DNA of 64,000 nt from Thermodesulfobacteriota bacterium. Its GTDB lineage: Bacteria; Desulfobacterota_D; UBA1144; Nemesobacterales; Mycalebacteriaceae. A program made the translations under genes and the position numbers. Location of the stretch: the NCBI GenBank assembly GCA_965198945.1, contig CBDAQI010000010.1:1-64000 (forward strand). Direction: 5' to 3'. The notes under the pieces were generated by a model, which did no database searches, was not told the DNA's origin, and saw only the letters and a program-made list of their open reading frames with translations. Numbering within the stretch: position 1 is the first letter of the stretch; every line of letters starts with the position of its first letter. Shown in pieces: positions 1 to 12,300 of this stretch.

Positions 1-747
1 GAGAAACATCTTCATCTGCGTCGAAGTCGTATTCTGCGCCTCGTCAAGAATCACAAACGCCCCGCTGAGAGTGCGCCCTCTCATATAGGCGAGCGGGACT
101 ATCTCAACGGTTTTTCTCTCTATCATGGCGCGCGCGGCGCTCATTCCGGCAATCTCATAAATCGCGTCAAAAAACGGACGCAGAAACGGATCGGATTTCT
201 GCTCAAGGTCTCCGGGGAGAAAACCCAGATTTTCTCCGGCTTCAATCATCGGCCTTGTTATGACAATTCTGCCCTTGCCACCCGCAGAAAGCTCTGAAAG
301 AGCCATTGCGACCGCAAGGTAGGTTTTCCCCGTGCCCGCCGGCCCGGTGCCGAAAACTATTGTGTTCTTTCTCATTGCGCTGATGTATTCTCGCTGACAC
401 ACGGTTTTGGGCGAGATTTTTCTGCCTTTTATCTCTATGGGGCCGGAGAGAAAAACGTCTCTTATGGCGCCCCCTTTTGAGGAAACAATTTCCGCCCCCG
501 TTTCAAAGTCTCCGGGTTCTATCATGTAGCCCTCGGTTATGAGTTCATAAAGCTGGCCGGCAAGATTCTTCGCGCCCGCCACATTGTCTTCGGGCCCGGT
601 TATAAGCAGGTTGGAGCCGCGCGAATTGACCGTTACGCCGCAAAGATTCTCAATTTTTACAAGGTTGGCGTTAAGGCTCCCGAAAAGGCGCCTCGCCGCT
701 TCGCCGTTCTCAAAAACAACCTCATATGTTATGCGCTCACCGCTCAT
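1..747 (-). CDS. phoH: PhoH-family ATPase (3' end runs off the window)
   Basis: Manual minus-strand translation from ATG at 747: GTGPAGTGKTYLA (Walker A), ITRPMIEAGENLGFLPGDL, LAYMRGRTL, ILDEAQN. Not in the ORF track because it has no stop in the window. Confidence 0.93.
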   Translation of the reverse strand, partial: MSGERITYEVVFENGEAARRLFGSLNANLVKIENLCGVTVNSRGSNLLITGPEDNVAGAKNLAGQLYELITEGYMIEPGDFETGAEIVSSKGGAIRDVFLSGPIEIKGRKISPKTVCQREYISAMRKNTIVFGTGPAGTGKTYLAVAMALSELSAGGKGRIVITRPMIEAGENLGFLPGDLEQKSDPFLRPFFDAIYEIAGMSAARAMIERKTVEIVPLAYMRGRTLSGAFVILDEAQNTTSTQMKMFL

Positions 748-780
748 CGGGAAACTGAACCGGTAATCTGTGCGCCCGCC

Positions 781-3313
<2,533 letters not shown>

Positions 3314-3317
<4 letters not shown>

Positions 3318-4900
3318 AGAGTTACCTGAGTTATTGAAATTATCCCGTCAAGCGAACGAATCCTCTCCATCCGCTCCCCATCAACCGGAGAATCAACATT
3401 TGTAAAAACAACCGCCCTGCCTCCCACGCTCTCGCGCCCCAAATGCATGCGCGCGATGTTGATTCCGCCGTCGCCGATTATTCCGCACATCCCCGCTATG
3501 AGACCCGGCCTGTCATGGTTTTCGCTTATAAGCAGAATTCCTTCAGGCGCAACGTCAAGTGAAACGCCGTCAACGGTAACAAAACGCGGTTTCTGCTTTC
3601 CGAATATCACGCCCGAAACGCTTCTCTCCGCGCCTCCGGGAAACTCAACGGTAACAGTCAGAAGGTTAGTGTAATCGCCCGATGCCGTGGTTTTTGATTC
3701 AACAATCTCCATGCCTCTGTCCGCCGCAATAACCGGCGCATTCACATATGTTACGACACCCTCCATCACATGGGAGAGAAATCCCTTGAGAACGGAAAGC
3801 ATCAGAACCCTTGTGTCAAATTCCGCCATTCCGCCGCCGTATTCAACAATTATTTTGCGCCCGCCTCCGCATGTCTGACCGAGAAAAGAGCCGAGTTTTT
3901 CAGCAAGAGCAATGTAAGGGCCCATCCTCTCCGCCTCGGGAGCGTCAAGAGAGGGCATGTTGACCGCGTTTTTGACGACTCCGTTTGAAAAATCAACCAT
4001 CTGCCGGGCGATTGCCGCGCCGACCTTTTCCTGCGCCTCGCGCGTGGAGGCGCCGAGGTGGGGAGTAAGCACCATTTTGCCTGAGTTTTGCAGAACCGGG
4101 CTGTCCGCAGAGGGAGGCTCGGATGAAAACACATCAAGCGCCGCGCCCGCAAGTTTTCCGCTTGAAACGGCTTGTGAGAGCGCCTCCTCATCCACAATGC
4201 CGCCGCGCGCGCAATTGATCAGAATGGCCCCGTCTTTCATTTTTGCTATGGATTCGGAATTTATGAGGTTTTTTGTCTGTGAGGTGAGAGGAGCGTGAAT
4301 GGTAATAACATCTGACTGCGCAAGTGTTTCGTCAAGCGGCGCGAGTTTGACACCCGCACGCGCCGCGGCTTCGGGTGTGAGAAAAGGGTCATATGCGACC
4401 GGAATCATTTTGAGCCCCGCCGCCCTCTCGGCGACAAGTTTGCCTATGTTACCAAGCCCTATGAGGCCCAGGGTTTTGCCGAACAGCTCAATTCCCTTGA
4501 ATTTACCGCGTTCCCACTTGCCCGATGCGGTGGAGATATGCGCCTGGGGAATTCCGCGGGCAAGAGACATCATAAGAGCAACCGCGTGTTCCGCCGTCGT
4601 GATGGCGTTTGCTTCGGGCGTGTTCATAACCACAATCCCGCTCCGAGTTGCGGCGTCAACATCAACGTTGTCAACCCCTATTCCGGCTCTGCCGACAACC
4701 TTGAGAGAGCCTGCCGCAGCTTCAATCACCTCCGCCGTAATTTTCGTCGCGCTGCGCACTACGACGCCGTCATATTCTTTGATTATGCGTTTGAGCTCTT
4801 CGGGGTCAACACTTTCGCGTATATCCGCCTCAACGCCGGGAGCGGATTCCAGAATGTTCTTTCCTTCCCGGGCGAGACCGTCTGTAACAAGTATTTTCAC
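3314..4900 (-). CDS. serA: D-3-phosphoglycerate dehydrogenase
   Basis: GRAGIGVDNVD, GLGNIG, INCARGGIVDE, TPHLGAST, C-terminal ACT domain; likely GTG start at 4900 (MKILVTD). Confidence 0.96.
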
Positions 4901-4974
4901 GATGGTAAAACGGGCGAAACGGGGTATAGTATGCGTAAACTCTCCTTTTTTGTCAATTACCCGGCCGGCTTGCG

Positions 4975-5709
4975 ATGACTGACGAAGCAAAAGCCCCTTT
5001 TCTTAAACACCTCGCCGAATTGAGAACGGTTATTCTGCACTGTTTTATCGCTGTTGCGGCGCTATTTTTCCCTTTTTACGCATTTCTGCGCTTTGATCTG
5101 CTCAGGCTGGTGACCGAACCCGTAGTTTCGGCTCTTCCGCCCGGGCAGACTCTCATTTTCACAAAACCCTCCGAGGGGTTCGCGGCATTGGTGGCGGTTT
5201 CACTTTTCTTCGCCTTTATGTCCGCAATGCCTTTCATACTATACAAAATACGAAAATTCATAGCGCCGGGTCTGCGTGAGACTGAAAAAAAATGGCTGTC
5301 GTTTTTTGTTTTTTTCGGAACCGTTTCTTTTGTCACGGGAGTTTTCTTCTGCCACTCACAGGTGGCTCCGCGGGCTATGGATTTTCTGCTCGGAGAAAAT
5401 TCGTCTGATTTCGTCCGTGCGATGCCTTCTCTCGGACAGTCATTGTCTTTTCTTCTGACGATGTGTCTGGCGTTTGGGATTGTGTTTGAATTCCCTCTGG
5501 TTGCTTTTACCCTTTCGCGGCTCGGCATTGTGAACGCAAAAACTCTGGGCGGAGCGCGGAAATACTCTTATCTTGCGGGTTCGGTTCTCGCGGCGGTAAT
5601 CACGCCGACAACCGATCTCGCCTCAATGATGTTTCTGCTTATTCCGATTTTTGTGTTTTACGAAGCGGGAATTATCATCGCAAAGTTTTTCGGGAAAACG
5701 GAAAGATAA
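4975..5709 (+). CDS. tatC: Twin-arginine translocase subunit TatC
   Basis: HLAELR, FIAPGLRETEK, FGIVFEFP, AAVITPTTD; about 6 TM segments. Confidence 0.96.
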   Translation: MTDEAKAPFLKHLAELRTVILHCFIAVAALFFPFYAFLRFDLLRLVTEPVVSALPPGQTLIFTKPSEGFAALVAVSLFFAFMSAMPFILYKIRKFIAPGLRETEKKWLSFFVFFGTVSFVTGVFFCHSQVAPRAMDFLLGENSSDFVRAMPSLGQSLSFLLTMCLAFGIVFEFPLVAFTLSRLGIVNAKTLGGARKYSYLAGSVLAAVITPTTDLASMMFLLIPIFVFYEAGIIIAKFFGKTER

Positions 5710-6175
5710 AAGGCATTCTCTTTGCCATGCCGGGTTCCCGCTTGCGCGGGAATAACGGGAAAAGTCTCCTCCTCGTCATTCCCGTGGCAACGGGAATCCA
5801 GTATTCATGGCAACGGGAACCACCCGTGGCGTCTCAAAGAAACCCCACAACCGCAGAAAATAAAAATCAAATCTGCAACATTAAAGGCATTCTCCTCGCT
5901 ATGCTGGATTCCCGTCCCCGTCCCCATCCCCGTTTTCACGGGGACATGCTTTCATGAGGACAAGCTTTCACGGGGACAAGCTTGCGCTGGAATGACGGAG
6001 AAAGCCCCCTCCTCGTCATTCCCGTGGCAACGGGAATCCAGTATTCACGGCAACAGGAATTACCCGTGGCGTCTCACGGTAGCCCCACACCGCAGAAAAT
6101 AAAAATCAAATCTGCAACATTAAAGGCATTCTCTTCGCTATGCCGGATTCCCGCTTGCGCGGGAATGACGGAAAA
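5710..6175. repeat. Tandem array (~2.3 units of ~174 bp) of a composite element built from ATTCCC-N8-GGGAAT palindromes
   Basis: cgtcattcccgtggcaacgggaatccagt at ~5775 and ~6014; shared spacer ending aaggcattctc..gctatgc; the middle palindrome carries a 66-bp insert (5915-5980). Confidence 0.9.
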
Positions 6176-6320
6176 AATAAAGAAAATGACGGAGAGGAAA
6201 GAAAATCAAGGAGAAAAAAACGGGAAGGGTCTAAAAGGAATGACGGGAAAGTCCACTCCCGTCACTCCCATTAAATCCGACTTTACCGGGACCGCCCAAA
6301 GCCCCGCCGTTTCTCGCAGC

Positions 6321-9300
6321 TTACCACTGGAAGTTCAGACCGGTCTGCAACAGCCTTTCGTCAAACTCATTAGTTGTCGCCCCGGAGAAGTGGAACTGGA
6401 AGTTGTCGGTCAGCCTCATTCCCACACTGCCGGCAACTCCGTAATCACCCTCGTATTCGGAGAAGTTTATATCCAGACCAATCCGCTTTCCGGGCTCAAC
6501 CGGAGTTGACTTTATAGCGGCCGCCATGGCTATGCCTCTGCCAAGCTTGGCGATGGCCGCGTCATGCTCGTCAATTTTGTCCTGAACCCAGGCGTTGCGC
6601 TCATAGAGGTCGCCGTATCTGATGGGCTCGCTTCCGAGCGGTGTTTCCTGAAGGGCTTCCAGAGTGGCCGAGGTCAGCTGGTTTTGCCCCGCCTCGGTCA
6701 GGAACTCATCCACATTCCTTATGCGTCTCTGGTCGGTATCTTCGGTTCCGGCCACGATATACTCATCTATCAGCCGCATCTCTCTGAGGTTGCTTTCACT
6801 GTCAATTTGCGCCGCGTAGCCCTGCTGTAATGCGGGTGAATTTTGAGAGATATATTCATAAACCGCAATTTTCTCTTCCACGGTGGCAATTCTTTCAATG
6901 CCCCTGCTTAACTCACCGCGACTAAGCCATCCGTCCCCGTTTCCATCATATGTGTTGATCAGATTCCTGATCCGCTGGGCCGGAGTTAAGCCATCCGGGC
7001 CAGTGTTTGTGTCAGTTAAGTCAACGCGCGTACCGAGAACACCATCCACATCAAAACCTGCAATGCGCTGTGAAACATAGTAGTTTCTCTGCTCATAAAG
7101 GTTTCCGGTGCGGTTTATCGTAACTTCCCAACTCCCGTCAGATTGTTGCTGTTCATAAAAGTTCGGGTCGGCGGAAGGCCTGCTTCGAGCACCGAGAGCA
7201 TTCTCCCCCTGCACGACTTCGGTCCGTATCAAAGATTGGTAGGCCGTGGGGTCTCTCTTGAAAGTAACCTGGTCGGCAAGAGACACATACCTGTCACCCA
7301 GAGGATTATTCGTATCCGCAGTATCCGCCCAGCGCTGTCTCTGGAAGTCTGAAGCTCCGACCGCTTCATATGAGTAAGCGGTCTGTCTGAGCAGCGAACC
7401 GTTCGGGTCAGGCGCGGGACGCAGTGAGAGAATACTCTCAACCTGCTGCTGGGTGTAGGAATCTACGCTTGTCTCTTCTGCAAAACTGTTCTGTAAGTCT
7501 TTCAAAGAGTCGCGCTCCTCTTCAATTTCCTTGTTATCTTTAATCTGGTCATTCTCAAGGTAGGCATCCAGAGCCGCAAGATAGGACAGTTGAGCCGCGT
7601 TGGCGGCGGCGTCAGATGAAGTATCAACCGCAGCGACCGTGTTTCTTTCGGTTCTCACTTTCTGTCTGAGCGTTTGAGGACCCTCCGTGTTTCCTATGAG
7701 TTCGTCAATCCCGTCAAAACCGAAGTCCGCGGTCTGCAGAGTCCCGTCCGGCAGAACTGTTGCCACTCTCGTGGCTCCGCCGGCTTCAACGCCCCGGTCT
7801 TTTCTTTCCACAAATCTGCCAAGGGCGGGATCATGCTCCATCTGTGTTATGTATGTCGGTACGCCGTCAGTGCCTTCCGAAGAGTTGGCTGTATAGTAAG
7901 CTTTTTCCTCATAAAGACCAAGCCCCGTGTATCTGTAGTTCAAATCAGCTTCAGCCGGTGTGCCGGTGCCGAAACTGTCTCCGAGTGTGTAATCACGACC
8001 GTCCGCAGTGTCACCGAATGACTGTGTGCCGTCTCTCCTGACCGAGGCTCCCGCTCCGAGCGCCGCGCTTCTGTATGCGTCCGCTGTGGAATTTACACCC
8101 AGCGCCGTTGAGTTGGCCCCGTTTGCAAACGAATGGGCTCCGAAAGCCGATGAGTTATCGCCCGATGCTTCGGTGAAATAACCGATACCCGTTGAAAGGC
8201 TTCCCGTGGCGGAAGTGTTGACACCGGATGCGGTTGCGCCCAGTCCGGTTGACTTTGCGTCTATACCCGCGACAAACGCGCCTTCTGCGGTCGCCCTGAT
8301 ATTTCTTCCGAACGCCACACTGTTGTGGGCATCCGCCGCGGCGTTTCGTCCGATCGCTATTGACGCTTCATGCGTCGCCTTTGCGTTCACACCTATCGCT
8401 ATTGAATCTCTTCCGGATGCGTTCGCTTCATGACCCACGGCCAAACTGTCATCACCGCTTGCACTTGCATTCTGACCGAGGGCCGTTGAATTTGCGCCGC
8501 TCGCACGCGCGTTTCTGCCGAGAACAGTTGAGTTTGCGCCGGAGGCGTTGGAGCCCTGACCCACGGCCGTTGAATTCAATCCGGTTGAAGAGGCGTTCTG
8601 CCCTATGGCCGTTGAATCCGTATTTTGACATAAAGCTCCATGCCCCACGGCCGTTCCGTTTGCATCAGCACAGAAAGCATCCTCACCAACGACCGTTGTG
8701 TTTGTGCCTTGTGCTCTGGCGCTTACACCAACGGCTGTTGAATGCGACCCCGAAGCATTCGCGCTCACACCCACGGCCGTTGTATTTTCGGCGCTGGCTC
8801 TGGCAAGATAACCGAACGCCGATGAGTTTACGCCGCTCGCATTCGCGCCCTTACCCACGGCCGTTGTGTGGATGTTTATAGCATGTGCGCCCTGCCCCAA
8901 AGCCGTTGAAAACAGGCCGAGAGCACTCGCACCCTGACCAAGAGCCGTTGTATCCAACTCAATGGCGGCCGCATTGTGACCTACGGCGGTTGCGTTGGTT
9001 TGCAAAGCAAACGAAAGGGCTCCCAAAGCTGAGGAATTTTCACCCGCCGCTTCACCGTGATAACCTATGGCGGTTGAGTGGTTTCCGGTCGCCTGAGTGC
9101 CTCTGCCGCCTGAATGCGCGCCCAGCCCCGTAGCCTTGCCGTCTATACCCACAATAAATGAACCCTCTCCGGCCGCTCTTATATTTCTTCCGATTGCCAC
9201 ACTGTTGTGTGCAACGGCCTCGGCGTTTCGTCCGATCGCTATTGACGCTTCATGCGTCGCCTTTGCGTTCACACCTATCGCTATTGAATCTCTTCCCGAA

Positions 9301-12300
9301 GCGGTGGCCCTGTGTCCCACGGCCAAACTGTCAATGCCGCTTGCTTCGGCACTCCTGCCGAGAGCCGTTGAGTTTGCGCCGCTCGCAACTGACTGTTGAC
9401 CGAAAGAAGACGAGTCTATACCCGATGCCGCCGAAAATGCTCCTATTGAAGTAGAATCCGTTCCTCTTGCAGCCGCAAGGTAACCCACGGCCGTTGAGTT
9501 TTCTGTTGACGCTTCTGCCGAGGTACCCAGAGCAGTTGACTTCTCAGCCAACGCCTCCGCGTCCCAACCCAAAGCCGTTGCATCCCTTGCGCTTGCTCTT
9601 GAAAAAGCACCTACCGCAGTTGTGTCTCTTGCGGTGGCTCTGGCATCATGACCCACGGCCGTTGAGCTGGAGTCCAAAGCCCTTGAAGCCTCGCCCAAGG
9701 CCGTTGAAGCAGCGCCGCTCGCTTGTGCATCCTGACCCAGCGCTGTTGCTAATCCGCCGGACGCATTTGCACCCTGGCCCACGGCCGTTGAATCTACACC
9801 GGATGCACTCGCACTCCTGCCGAGAGCCGTTGAGGCTGCGCCGCTCGCAACTGACTGTTGACCGAAAGAAGACGAGTCTATACCCGATGCCGCCGAAAAT
9901 GCTCCTATTGAAGTAGAATCCGTTCCTCTTGCAGCCGCAAGGTAACCCACGGCCGTTGAGTTTTCTGTTGACGCTTCTGCCGAGGTACCCAGAGCAGTTG
10001 ACTTCTCAGCCAACGCCTCCGCGTCCCAACCCAAAGCCGTTGCATCCCTTGCGCTTGCTCTTGAAAGAGCACCTACCGCAGTTGTGTCTCTTGCGGTGGC
10101 TCTGGCATCATGACCCACGGCCGTTGAGCTGGAGTCCAAAGCCCTTGAAGCCTCGCCCAAGGCCGTTGAAGCAGCGCCGCTCGCTTGTGCATCCTGACCC
10201 AGCGCTGTTGCTAATCCGCCGGACGCATTTGCACCCTGGCCCACGGCCGTTGAATCTACACCGGATGCACTCGCACTCCTGCCGAGAGCCGTTGAGGCTG
10301 CGCCGCTCGCAACTGACTGTTGACCGAAAGAAGACGAGTCTATACCCGATGCCGCCGAAAATGCTCCTATTGAAGTAGAATCCGTTCCTCTTGCAGCCGC
10401 AAGGTAACCCACGGCCGTTGAGTTTTCTGTTGACGCTTCTGCCGAGGTACCCAGAGCAGTTGACTTCTCAGCCAACGCCTCCGCGTCCCAACCCAAAGCC
10501 GTTGCATCCCTTGCGCTTGCTCTTGAAAGAGCACCTACCGCAGTTGTGTCTCTTGCGGTGGCTCTGGCATCATGACCCACGGCCGTTGAGCTGGAGTCCA
10601 AAGCCCTTGAAGCCTCGCCCAAGGCCGTTGAAGCAGCGCCGCTCGCTTGTGCATCCTGACCCAGCGCTGTTGCTAATCCGCCGGACGCATTTGCACCCTG
10701 GCCCACGGCCGTTGAATCTACACCGGATGCACTCGCACTCCTGCCGAGAGCCGTTGAGGCTGCGCCGCTCGCAACTGACTGTTGACCGAAAGAAGACGAG
10801 TCTATACCCGATGCCGCCGAAAATGCTCCTATTGAAGTAGAATCCGTTCCTCTTGCAGCCGCAAGGTAACCCACGGCCGTTGAGTTTTCTGTTGACGCTT
10901 CTGCCGAGGTACCCAGAGCAGTTGACTTCTCAGCCAACGCCTCCGCGTCCCAACCCAAAGCCGTTGCATCCCTTGCGCTTGCTCTTGAAAAAGCACCTAC
11001 CGCAGTTGTGTCTCTTGCGGTGGCTCTGGCATCATGACCCACGGCCGTTGAGCTGGAGTCCAAAGCCCTTGAAGCCTCGCCCAAGGCCGTTGAAGCAGCG
11101 CCGCTCGCTTGTGCATCCTGACCCAGCGCTGTTGCTAATCCGCCGGACGCATTTGCACCCTGGCCCACGGCCGTTGAATCTACACCGGATGCACTCGCAC
11201 CCTGACCAAGAGCCGTTGTATCCAACTCAATGGCGGCCGCATTGTGACCTACGGCGGTTGCGTTGGTTTGCAAAGCAAACGAAAGGGCTCCCAAAGCTGA
11301 GGAATTTTCACCCGCCGCTTCACCGTGATAACCTATGGCGGTTGAGTGGTTTCCGGTCGCCTGAGTGCCTCTGCCGCCTGAATGCGCGCCCAGCCCCGTA
11401 GCCTTGCCGTCTATACCCACAATAAATGAACCCTCTCCGGCCGCTCTTATATTTCTTCCGATTGCCACACTGTTGTGTGCAACGGCCTCGGCGTTTCGTC
11501 CGATCGCTATTGACGCTTCATGCGTCGCCTTTGCGTTCACACCTATCGCTATTGAATCTCTTCCCGAAGCGGTGGCCCTGTGTCCCACGGCCAAACTGTC
11601 AATGCCGCTTGCTTCGGCTTTCTGACCGAGAGCCGTTGAGTTATAACCTGTTGCTTCCGCTCCTCTACCGAAGGCGCTCGTATTTACATTGGTCGCCCGC
11701 GCAGACTGACCCACAGCAGTCGCATTAACTTGTTCAACCCTTGAGCCTTGACCAATGGCAATTGAGTCTACGGCGGCTGAAGTTGCGGCGGCCTCGTGAC
11801 CCACAACCGTTGAATTTATGCCACTTGCACGCGAATCTTGACCCAGAGCCGTTGTATTGACCTGCTCCGCACGCACACCCTGTCCCAAAGCCGTCGCGTT
11901 TACATGACTCGCATGTGAGCCCGTACCCAAAGCTGTCGTGTTTGCCTGGACGGCGCGCGCAAAATGACCCAAGGCCGTAGCTTTCACACCAGTCGTCGCC
12001 TGCGAAAGCGAACCCACTGCCGTTGAATTTTCAGAGGTCGCCTGTGCTCCCTGACCTACGGCAGTTGCTCTTTTAGCAATTGCCTCAGCCCCCTGACCCA
12101 AAGCCGTCGCATTGGTGGCTCCGGCATTCGCACCCTGTCCCAGTGACGTCGCGTTAGCTGACATTGCATGTGCAAGCCGACCCACTGCCGTTGAATCTAC
12201 ACCGACTGCTTCCGCATCCTGACCCACTGCCGTTGAATTTTCGGCTACGGCATGAGCAAACTGACCCACTGCCGTTGATTTATCACTGGTTGCTTCCGCA

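Noticed and set aside
5710..6175. CRISPR array
   Set aside because: The spacers are copies of each other, the repeats are dispersed palindromes, and no cas genes are present.
5722..6509. Plus-strand ORFs over the repeat array (also 24490-24744, 19344-19595, 39143-39517)
   Set aside because: They are translations of palindromic repeat DNA with no protein-like features.
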